From the NCBI GenBank assembly GCA_052117325.1, contig JBQKJJ010000002.1: a stretch of 24,000 nt of DNA, one strand, 5' to 3'. The position numbers and the translations under genes were made by a program. Positions within the stretch are counted from its first letter, which is position 1; each line of letters begins with the position of its first letter. Positions 14,965 to 22,269 of the stretch are shown here, piece after piece. This stretch comes from Oscillospiraceae bacterium LCP25S3_E10 (GTDB lineage: Bacteria > Bacillota > Clostridia > Oscillospirales > Acutalibacteraceae). The notes below the pieces were generated by a model. That model did not search any database, had not been told where the DNA came from, and saw only the letters and a list, made by a program, of their open reading frames with translations.

Positions 14965-15112
14965 TCTTGAACATCTCAATTTCCTTTGGTGCTACAGGCT
15001 GATGAGCCAAAATACTTGATGTTGTATTCGCACTGTTGATGATTATCTTTTCTACTGCACTCTTTGTGATTTTGCATAGGTTTGTTTTTAGTGATGCCTT
15101 TAGTGATTTCAT
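14951..15112 (-). CDS. agrD: AgrD-like cyclic autoinducing peptide precursor (53 aa); not in the ORF track
   Basis: My own translation starts at ATG 15112-15110, after GGGAGGTGAGAGAT. It reads MKSLKASLKTNLCKITKSAVEKIIINSANTTSSILAHQPVAPKEIEMFKNVKR with stop TAA at 14953-14951. It has an amphipathic N-terminus and a short core. The charged tail, beginning HQPxxPKE, resembles the AgrB-recognition tail recalled from clostridial AgrD peptides. It overlaps the agrB start by 14 nt. Confidence 0.7.
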   Translation of the reverse strand: MKSLKASLKTNLCKITKSAVEKIIINSANTTSSILAHQPVAPKEIEMFKNVKR

Positions 15113-15174
15113 ATCTCTCACCTCCCTCAACTAGATTTTACATCTTAAAAATAGAAATAACAATACAGTTTGAC

Positions 15175-15204
15175 AAAACGATGAAAGAATTGTAAAAACG
15201 ATGA
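15175..15204. promoter_or_regulatory. Two copies of AAAACGATGA spaced exactly 20 bp apart, 60-90 bp upstream of agrD; candidate regulator-binding direct repeat
   Basis: Copies at 15175-15184 and 15195-15204, read directly. On the agrD (minus) strand they read TCATCGTTTT. Confidence 0.3.
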
Positions 15205-15256
15205 GTTTTTGGCAAAAAGCGTACAAATGTTTTGAAGAATAAATTTTTTTCATTGT

Positions 15257-15300
15257 ATAAAAAGGCCTTTTCAGATAGTTTTTTTCTACACTGAAAAGGC
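15257..15300 (-). terminator. Terminator of the ABC transporter operon (bidirectional hairpin)
   Basis: Stem GCCTTTTCAG (15265-15274) / CTGAAAAGGC (15291-15300). T-runs are present on both strands. Confidence 0.6.
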
Positions 15301-15350
15301 TGGCTTTTTTAATTTTTAAATTTTAGTGTTGACAAATAAAAAATTCTTGA

Positions 15351-16526
15351 TTATTTTTCTTTCAAAAGTACGGCAAGCTGTATTTTCTGTGTAAAGTTTG
15401 TCATTCTTAAACATATAGCAGCCACAACAGCTACAAATACCCCAAGAACAATTAAAGCACTTACAGGACTTACCTCTGCAGTAAGGGTAATCAGTCCTCC
15501 CTTTACCATTGAGGCAAGAATAGGGTTAAGTATAAGCTGTGCGCACACCGCCGACAATGCCAACGCTATTATATATGCTATTAACAGCAGCAGCAAATAT
15601 TCCAAAAAGATAATTACAAATATATGCCCTGTTTTGTAGCCAAGCGCCCTATACAGGGCAAGCTCGTTGGTTCTGTTTTTAATACAGCCGGAAATAAATA
15701 TTGAGGTGCCCATTACTGTCATTACCAAAAATACTGCCAAAACAATAACCATAATAATAAGTGACAGGTTAAAGGTGCTTAGGTCTATTCTAAAGCTGTT
15801 TTCGTAGGCAACGCCTCCGTATTTTTCACATTCATCAATAAGCTGTTGCTTATTTGTACCCTTTGCCAAAGCAAGGCTGTATGTTATACTCTCGTTTTCG
15901 TCATCGGCGCTTTTTTCGGAATATTTTAAAAGCTGGTCGCAGCTTGTATATATACACTGGGTATCAAGGGCAGGGTCGGTAACATCGTAGGTGCCTGCTA
16001 CCTTTAGCTTGTATTGGTTGCCGTTTTCATCAACAAAGTTTAGCTCCTTGCCCACAAACTTTTTACAGTCCACATCTATCCGCATTTGGGTTTGCAGGTC
16101 TTTGTCGTGGTAGATTTCCGGCATAAGCACAGTGTCTTTGTCGGTACTTTTTAGCTGACTGCCTTTTGTAACCACAGGCTCATAGTCCATATGTAAATAC
16201 GACAGATTAACAGTTGAATTAAAGGTTTTGTCGGCAGAGGTCAGCACTATGTCATATGGCGAAATGCTTATACCCTCAACGCCATCCATAGCCGCCAGCT
16301 TATCCTTTGCACCTTTGTTATTTATGTCTACATCTACCATTAGTTCCTTATTGTAAGGGTGGTTGTTTACCTTTTGGTCCATATCCGTCCACAGTCTGAT
16401 AACTACAGATGAAGTAAGCAATATACATATAACGCAGATAGCGTTAAAAATTACAAACACTATGCTTCTTGCCTTTTGCTGAGTAACAGACGCCTTTATA
16501 AGCATTAAAAAATTAACTATTGTCAC
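15351..16526 (-). CDS. FtsX/MacB-type ABC transporter permease (second permease of the operon)
   Basis: 391 aa with one N-terminal TM, an extracytoplasmic domain of about 200 aa and three C-terminal TMs. The GTG start overlaps the ATPase stop (GTGA). ATG 16505 is an alternative start. Confidence 0.85.
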   Translation of the reverse strand: MTIVNFLMLIKASVTQQKARSIVFVIFNAICVICILLTSSVVIRLWTDMDQKVNNHPYNKELMVDVDINNKGAKDKLAAMDGVEGISISPYDIVLTSADKTFNSTVNLSYLHMDYEPVVTKGSQLKSTDKDTVLMPEIYHDKDLQTQMRIDVDCKKFVGKELNFVDENGNQYKLKVAGTYDVTDPALDTQCIYTSCDQLLKYSEKSADDENESITYSLALAKGTNKQQLIDECEKYGGVAYENSFRIDLSTFNLSLIIMVIVLAVFLVMTVMGTSIFISGCIKNRTNELALYRALGYKTGHIFVIIFLEYLLLLLIAYIIALALSAVCAQLILNPILASMVKGGLITLTAEVSPVSALIVLGVFVAVVAAICLRMTNFTQKIQLAVLLKEK

Positions 16527-17197
16527 CGCTTTTCATCCCCCAGTACGCCGTCCTTCATATAGTAAACTCTGTCTGCATACTCCAAAATACTTTCGTTATG
16601 CGACACCACCATAATTCCCTTGCCCTGCTGTGCAAGTTCTTTTAGCAGTGTGAATATAATTACCTCGTTTTCGCTATCAAGGTTACCTGTAGGTTCGTCT
16701 GCCAAAATAAAGTCGGGGTCATTTGCCAAGGCTCTGGCTACAGCCACACGCTGCTGCTCTCCGCCCGAAAGCTGGCTAGGGTAGTGCTCTGCACGCTCTG
16801 ACAGTCCTACTACATCTATTAGCTCCTTTGCCTTTTTTTCCATTTCTGCCTTGTTTTTATACTCCGGGTTAATCAGCATTGGCAGCATTACATTTTCGTA
16901 TGCCTTTAGCTGTGGGTTAAGGTGAAATGCCTGAAAAACAAAGCCCAGGCTTTTTTGGCGTACATCTGCAATAGCGTTTTTAGGCAGCTTTGAAACATCC
17001 TTTGAATTAATGAATATACTGCCGCTTGTAGGCAGGTCCAGTAGACCTATCATTTGCAGCAGGGTACTTTTGCCCGAGCCGGAGTGTCCCATTACTACAA
17101 TAAATTCCCCTTGGTTAATAGTAATACTTACTTCTTTTAACGCTGTTACCTTTTGGTTGTAAACCTTTACAAGGTCTTTTGCTACTATTGAGTTCAT
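16523..17197 (-). CDS. ABC transporter ATP-binding protein (MacB/LolD-like)
   Basis: 224 aa. It has Walker [10 protein letters not shown], signature LSGGEQQR, Walker [12 protein letters not shown] and H-loop VVSHN. GGAGG lies upstream of ATG 17197. Confidence 0.95.
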   Translation of the reverse strand: MNSIVAKDLVKVYNQKVTALKEVSITINQGEFIVVMGHSGSGKSTLLQMIGLLDLPTSGSIFINSKDVSKLPKNAIADVRQKSLGFVFQAFHLNPQLKAYENVMLPMLINPEYKNKAEMEKKAKELIDVVGLSERAEHYPSQLSGGEQQRVAVARALANDPDFILADEPTGNLDSENEVIIFTLLKELAQQGKGIMVVSHNESILEYADRVYYMKDGVLGDEKR

Positions 17198-17256
17198 AAA
17201 ATATCCTCCTTATTTTTATGTTTTTGCTAATTTTCAAAATTTATTATATAAACGCC

Positions 17257-18660
17257 TTAAGCGTTCATAGCCTCCTGAGGCTGTATTTTTGCTATGTTGT
17301 ACACCATTATAAGCAAGCAAACAAGCGGTATAACCAGTATAACCCCAAAAGCTATGGCAAGCAGTATTAAAAAGCTTGTCCATGGCATTACATACATTTG
17401 CTGTGCTGTGTCGCCCGACGAATTAATAAGATTTATTAACAGCACCGCTGCCGCCGACAACGCACCGCCTATTAACAATGCCTTTACAGCCAGTATTATA
17501 TTTTCAAGGTACATACTGTAGAAAATTTGACTTGTTTTGTAGCCTACGGCTTTCATAAGTCCTATTTCTGCCTTTCGCTCGGCTATGTTGTTATGCACGC
17601 TTAAAAATATATTTATAACCGTAAGCAGTAGTATAGCCGCCGTTAAAAATGTACCTACACCGCCAAAAATTCCCGTAAACGCAAGCATAGATTCGTCAAT
17701 ATAGCCTACCTGCACACCGGCATTAAAGCCCATACTTTTAAGCTGGCTCATTACCTCTGCAATGTTGTCTATGCTGTCGGCTGTAACAACATAATCTCTT
17801 GCGTATTCATCGTTTATATATTCATCAAGGTCGTCCTTCATACCGTTTTTCACGGCATTGTCAAGTGCCATTTTATCTATTTTTTCGGCTGTTGCTTTCG
17901 ATACTAATATACTATCACCGCCATCCAGTGAAGTTGCCTTGGAGTAGTAATAAATACCCACCACCTTTAGCTTGTAGGTTATTTTCGGCAAGCTGGTCCA
18001 TTCGCCCAGATAGCCCTTTTCGTATCCTCGTTTTTCACCCTTTGTAAATTGATGTATAAGATATTCCAAATCTACGGTAATTGTTTTGCCGATAAGACTT
18101 TCTGTGCTTATTTTTTCACGGGCTACGGTATTTCCTAAATCTTCGTCTATATCCTCATAAGTAAAGGTATGGGGTAATATACAGCTCATTTCAGGTGCTT
18201 TGTCCAGCCCGGTTCCTTTTATTACCTTGTTTATGTAATCACTGTCATAAAATTGTTCTCCTAAGCCTGCAGTAAGCTTATCTAAATTGGTTTCGCTTGT
18301 TGTGTTGCTTACATCCTTATTATTTTCATCTGTAATTTTAGTTATTGTTATCATTTCCGGCATAGTAGGAAGCGCCGCCCTTTCACAAGAAACAACATGC
18401 TCAAGCGAAAGAACATCACCCATTGTTTTATCTGTTATTCCCTTTCCTCCACTTGGATAGCAAGACTCCGGCATTATATACCCTTGCCTGCATATTTTCT
18501 TATTTTTATACTCATCACAGGTAGTATTTACAATGCTTAAAAAACCTACCAGCAGCGTAACTGCCACTACTGACAGTATCATCATAACCATTACAGTGTT
18601 TTTTCTTTTTGAGCCTTTCAGGTTTGCCCTAGCTAAAAATAAATTGTTGCTTATTCTCAT
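17257..18660 (-). CDS. FtsX/MacB-type ABC transporter permease (first permease)
   Basis: The ORF track gives 17257-18693. I prefer ATG 18660 (MRISNNLFLARANLKGSKRKN...), which lies about 9 nt after GGAGG. It has one N-terminal TM, an extracytoplasmic domain of about 300 aa and three C-terminal TMs. Confidence 0.85.
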   Translation of the reverse strand: MRISNNLFLARANLKGSKRKNTVMVMMILSVVAVTLLVGFLSIVNTTCDEYKNKKICRQGYIMPESCYPSGGKGITDKTMGDVLSLEHVVSCERAALPTMPEMITITKITDENNKDVSNTTSETNLDKLTAGLGEQFYDSDYINKVIKGTGLDKAPEMSCILPHTFTYEDIDEDLGNTVAREKISTESLIGKTITVDLEYLIHQFTKGEKRGYEKGYLGEWTSLPKITYKLKVVGIYYYSKATSLDGGDSILVSKATAEKIDKMALDNAVKNGMKDDLDEYINDEYARDYVVTADSIDNIAEVMSQLKSMGFNAGVQVGYIDESMLAFTGIFGGVGTFLTAAILLLTVINIFLSVHNNIAERKAEIGLMKAVGYKTSQIFYSMYLENIILAVKALLIGGALSAAAVLLINLINSSGDTAQQMYVMPWTSFLILLAIAFGVILVIPLVCLLIMVYNIAKIQPQEAMNA

Positions 18661-18862
18661 AAAAAAATACCTCCACTTCCTATAATACAACAACTGCGTT
18701 TATAGGAGTAAAGGTATTTTTAAAAAACAATCCGCCAAAAATCGGTTTGCAAATAAGTCTTAAAATTGTATAACCCAACAGCAATTTGTTCTGTTTACCG
18801 TAATTAGCCCTAAAAAACACAACTGTAATTCTAAAAAATTGTAAGCTTTTAACTTCGCTTGT

Positions 18863-18891
18863 ATTTTAACACCTTAAGGAGGCAAAGTCAA
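18863..18891 (-). promoter_or_regulatory. Sigma-A promoter of the ABC operon
   Basis: On the minus strand: TTGACT (18891-18886), a 17-nt spacer, then TAAAAT (18868-18863). This implies a leader of about 195 nt. Confidence 0.5.
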
Positions 18892-18979
18892 CAATGCTAA
18901 TAAAATATTTTTCACCTGCTATAGCTGTAAAAAAATACGCCATCTCATATTTGCAATATAATTAAACCACACTTGCCTA

Positions 18980-19008
18980 TTGACAATATACACATTGTGC
19001 AATATAAT
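18980..19008 (+). promoter_or_regulatory. Sigma-A promoter of the aro operon leader
   Basis: TTGACA (18980-18985), a 17-nt spacer, then TATAAT (19003-19008). Both hexamers match consensus. Confidence 0.65.
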
Positions 19009-19071
19009 AAGGCTGTAAGATTTCATAGGGGACATCACGGGCATTTTGCCAACGATGTTAAGAGGTTTATT

Positions 19072-19161
19072 ATGGCACAGCTTAAATCAAAGAATTTTAC
19101 ATTTTTTGGTTACTTCAGCAGTTATTCTGTTGGAGCTTATTTTGCTTGTGTAAAATCTTAA
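19072..19161 (+). CDS. Candidate Phe/Tyr-rich leader peptide (29 aa) of the aro operon
   Basis: AAGAGG (19060-19065) lies 6 nt before the ATG. The peptide is MAQLKSKNFTFFGYFSSYSVGAYFACVKS, with 5 Phe and 3 Tyr. It is the C-terminal part of the ORF-track entry 18973-19161. Confidence 0.55.
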   Translation: MAQLKSKNFTFFGYFSSYSVGAYFACVKS

Positions 19162-19208
19162 CAGTAAGTTACCTTATGAAGCCTAATTGATTTTATATTT
19201 TTGGTTTT

Positions 19209-19245
19209 AAACGGAGCTTACTGCAAGCTCCGTTATTTTTATTTT
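19209..19245 (+). terminator. Intrinsic terminator (attenuator) immediately upstream of aroF
   Basis: Stem AACGGAGCTT (19210-19219) / AAGCTCCGTT (19225-19234) with loop ACTGC, followed by ATTTTTATTTT. It ends 13 nt before ATG 19259. Confidence 0.7.
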
Positions 19246-19258
19246 CGGAGGTTTTAAT

Positions 19259-20278
19259 ATGATTATTGTATTACAAAAGGGAACAACACCACAGCAGGCC
19301 GAGGAATTTGGCAAACAGCTGGAAAAAAGCTACAATATAAAGGTAAATCTTTGGGAGGGCGTGCAAAGCTCTGTACTGGGCTTGATAGGCGACACCACTT
19401 CTATAGATATTGACGCTATTAATGCACAGTCGCTTGTAGCTAATGTTCAGCGTGTGCAGGAGCCTTATAAAAAGGCAAACCGCAAGTTCCACCCGGACAA
19501 CACTGTTATCACCCTTGACAACGGCACAAAAATAGGCGACGGCAACTTGGCTATTATGGCTGGCCCTTGCTCTATAGAGGGTGAGGAGCAGATTTGCGGT
19601 ATAGCAGAGTCTGTAAAAAACAGCGGTGCTGTTATTTTGCGTGGCGGTGCGTTTAAGCCTCGTACCTCGCCGTACTCTTTCCAGGGCTTAAAGGGCGAGG
19701 GCCTAAAATATATGGAAGAGGCAAAGAAAAAAACAGGCCTGCCTATAGTTACTGAAATTATGGCGGCAGAGCATTTGCCTTTGTTTGAAAATGTAGATAT
19801 TATTCAGGTAGGTGCAAGAAATATGCAGAACTTTGAGCTTTTAAAGGAGCTGGGCAAAATTGACAAGCCTATACTTTTAAAGCGTGGTCTTGCCTGCACT
19901 ATCGAGGAGCTTTTGATGAGTGCCGAGTACATTATGGCAGGCGGCAACGAAAGGGTAATGTTCTGCGAAAGGGGTATTCGTACCTACGAAACCTACACCC
20001 GCAACACTCTTGACATTTCTGCTATACCGGCACTTAAAAAGCTTTCGCATTTGCCTGTTATTATTGACCCAAGCCACGCTGCCGGCAAAGCTTGGATGGT
20101 AGAGTCGCTGTCTATGGCGGCTGTTGCGGCAGGAGCTGACGGCTTGATTATTGAGGTACACAATGACCCTGCACACGCTTTGTCAGACGGTGCACAGTCA
20201 CTTACACCACAGCAGTTTGACGCTACAGCTAAAAAGCTGTTTGCACTAAAAAATGCTTTAAACAGCATTAACGAATAA
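19259..20278 (+). CDS. aroF: 3-deoxy-7-phosphoheptulonate (DAHP) synthase, type I-beta, with an N-terminal regulatory domain of about 70-80 aa
   Basis: 339 aa. The catalytic core carries AGPCSIE, RGGAFKPRTSPYSFQG and DPSH motifs of the KDOPS-like DAHPS subfamily. The N-terminal extension MIIVLQKGTTPQQAEEF...VQRV resembles the ferredoxin-like regulatory domain known from Thermotoga-type DAHPS. Confidence 0.9.
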   Translation: MIIVLQKGTTPQQAEEFGKQLEKSYNIKVNLWEGVQSSVLGLIGDTTSIDIDAINAQSLVANVQRVQEPYKKANRKFHPDNTVITLDNGTKIGDGNLAIMAGPCSIEGEEQICGIAESVKNSGAVILRGGAFKPRTSPYSFQGLKGEGLKYMEEAKKKTGLPIVTEIMAAEHLPLFENVDIIQVGARNMQNFELLKELGKIDKPILLKRGLACTIEELLMSAEYIMAGGNERVMFCERGIRTYETYTRNTLDISAIPALKKLSHLPVIIDPSHAAGKAWMVESLSMAAVAAGADGLIIEVHNDPAHALSDGAQSLTPQQFDATAKKLFALKNALNSINE

Positions 20279-20357
20279 AATTAAAACGCATATAAATGGC
20301 GTTTATTAAGGTAGTACAGGCTGTTGCCTGTTGCTTAGTTGATTAGGAAGTTTGTTT

Positions 20358-21188
20358 ATGAATATAGTTATATCCGGCCTAGGCATAATCGGCGGTTCAT
20401 ATGCTAAAGCCATAAAAAAATACACAGACCACACGGTTATAGGAATTAACCGCAGTGAAAGGCCGTTAAAATTGGCACTGGAGTGCGGTGCTATTGACAA
20501 AATAGGCACTAAAGAGGATTTAAAAACAGCCGATATGCTTATACTGGGTACTTTCCCTATGGCAGCTGTAGAATTTATAGAAAAAAACGGCGATTACATT
20601 AACAAAAACTGCATTGTTACCGACACCTGCGGAATAAAGGGTAAAATATGCCCCGAAATGGTTAGGCTGTCCGAAAAATACGGCTTTACCTTTGTAGGCA
20701 CCCACCCTATGGCCGGCAAGGAAACAAACGGCTTTGAGTCAGCCGACGCAGACCTTTTTGTGAACGCCTCTTGCATAATAGTACCCTGCAAGGCCGACAA
20801 CACCGCAGTAACCTTTGTAAGCGACTTTGTGCGTGCCATAGGCTTTACGCAAACCCCTGTGGTAACCCCACAGGTACACGACAGAATGATAGCCTTTACC
20901 TCGCAGGTGCCTCATGTTATGGCCTGTGCCTATGTATTAAGCCCTGTATGCAAAAATCACAAGGGCTTTTCGGCAGGCAGCTACCGTGATGTATCGAGAG
21001 TGGCTAAGATAAACGCAAAGCTGTGGACAGAGCTGTTTTTGGAAAACAAAGAGCCTCTTACAGCGGAGCTTGACACACTTATTGACAATTTAACACAAAT
21101 ACGCAACAGCATTGCAAATAACGACGACCAAGGGCTGTGTAAGCAGCTGCAAATGAGCAGACAGGTTAAGGAGGAGCTAAAGGAATGA
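20358..21188 (+). CDS. tyrA: Prephenate dehydrogenase
   Basis: ATG 20358 lies 7 nt after AGGAAG; the ORF-track start 20352 is a TTG. The N-terminal dinucleotide fold is MNIVISGLGIIGGS, and a GTHPMAG motif is present. Confidence 0.85.
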   Translation: MNIVISGLGIIGGSYAKAIKKYTDHTVIGINRSERPLKLALECGAIDKIGTKEDLKTADMLILGTFPMAAVEFIEKNGDYINKNCIVTDTCGIKGKICPEMVRLSEKYGFTFVGTHPMAGKETNGFESADADLFVNASCIIVPCKADNTAVTFVSDFVRAIGFTQTPVVTPQVHDRMIAFTSQVPHVMACAYVLSPVCKNHKGFSAGSYRDVSRVAKINAKLWTELFLENKEPLTAELDTLIDNLTQIRNSIANNDDQGLCKQLQMSRQVKEELKE

Positions 21189-22237
21189 AAACACTGCATA
21201 TTGCAACGGGAAAGCCCTACGATATTATAATAGAGCGTGGTATTATTGACCAATGTGGTACATATGTACGGGAGGTATCAAGGGCAAAAAAGGCGATGAT
21301 TATTTCCGACAGCAATGTTTTTCCTATTTACGGCGTCAGAGCAGAGACCTCTTTAAAACAGGCCGGATTTGAAACCTCGCAGTTTGTCTTTACTGCCGGT
21401 GAAGAAAGCAAAAGACTTGAAACCATTGCACAAATGTACACTGCACTTATAGAAAACAGCTTTACAAGAAGTGATATTATTGTAGCCCTAGGCGGCGGAG
21501 TTGTAGGCGATATGAGCGGGTTTGCCGCCGCTACATATTTGCGGGGTATAGACTTTGTTCAAATACCTACCTCACTGCTGGCACAGGTGGATTCATCTGT
21601 AGGCGGCAAAACAGGCGTAGATATTCCACAGGGTAAAAATTTAGTAGGTGCTTTTTGGCAGCCAAACACAGTGCTTATAGACCCGGACACCTTAAACACC
21701 CTTACACCGCACTTTTTTGCAGACGGTATGGGCGAGGTTGTTAAGTACGGCTGTATAAAGAGCGAAAAGCTTTTTGAAACACTTGAAAAGGAAAACGCAC
21801 CCGACATTATAGACGACATTATTTATCAATGTGTAGAAATAAAGCGTGATGTAGTGCAAAGGGACGAGCGTGACCACGGTGAACGGGCATTGCTTAACTT
21901 TGGCCATACATTAGGTCACGCTATCGAAAAGGAGCATAGCTTTAAGGGTGTATCACACGGTGAGGCTGTAGCCATTGGTATGGTTATGGTAACAAGGGCA
22001 AGTGAAAAGGCCGGCATTACCCCTGCAGGTACAGCCGACAGAATTGCACAGCTTTGCAAGAAGTACAACCTGCCAACCTGTGACACAACACCTATAGAGA
22101 GAATTGTGAAAAGCTCTTTCTCCGACAAAAAGAGCAGCGGCGACAGCATTGGCTTAGTTGTGCTGGATAAAATAGGTGAAAGCAAAGTCTACCCTGTTAA
22201 AAAGACCGATATGCTTGGCTTTGTAACAGGTAAATGA
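21185..22237 (+). CDS. aroB: 3-dehydroquinate synthase
   Basis: 350 aa with GGGVVGDMSGFAAATYLRG, SSVGGKTG and NFGHTLGHAIE motifs. There is an ATGA overlap with tyrA. Confidence 0.95.
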   Translation: MKTLHIATGKPYDIIIERGIIDQCGTYVREVSRAKKAMIISDSNVFPIYGVRAETSLKQAGFETSQFVFTAGEESKRLETIAQMYTALIENSFTRSDIIVALGGGVVGDMSGFAAATYLRGIDFVQIPTSLLAQVDSSVGGKTGVDIPQGKNLVGAFWQPNTVLIDPDTLNTLTPHFFADGMGEVVKYGCIKSEKLFETLEKENAPDIIDDIIYQCVEIKRDVVQRDERDHGERALLNFGHTLGHAIEKEHSFKGVSHGEAVAIGMVMVTRASEKAGITPAGTADRIAQLCKKYNLPTCDTTPIERIVKSSFSDKKSSGDSIGLVVLDKIGESKVYPVKKTDMLGFVTGK

Positions 22238-22269
22238 TATAAAGATACACAACAAGGAGATGAAAAAAT

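Noticed and set aside
15329-15357. Plus-strand promoter-like TTGACA-17-TATTTT
   Set aside because: It points into the 3' end of the minus-strand permease gene, with no plus-strand ORF or RNA downstream. It is probably a chance match in AT-rich DNA, though an antisense RNA cannot be excluded.
18894-18965. 23-codon plus-strand ORF (MLIKYFSPAIAVKKYAISYLQYN) after AAGGAGG
   Set aside because: The RBS-to-ATG spacing is about 12 nt, which is long. The apparent AAGGAGG lies on the strand opposite the spacer of the ABC-operon promoter. There is no recognisable motif and the ORF lies upstream of the aro promoter. It is likely fortuitous.
19010-19258. Possibility that the aro leader is a T-box or other riboswitch
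   Set aside because: I found no T-box core sequence (GGTGGTACCGCG-like), no recognisable specifier-loop/GA-motif arrangement and no conserved riboswitch core by eye. The leader-peptide model fits better. This still needs an Infernal scan.
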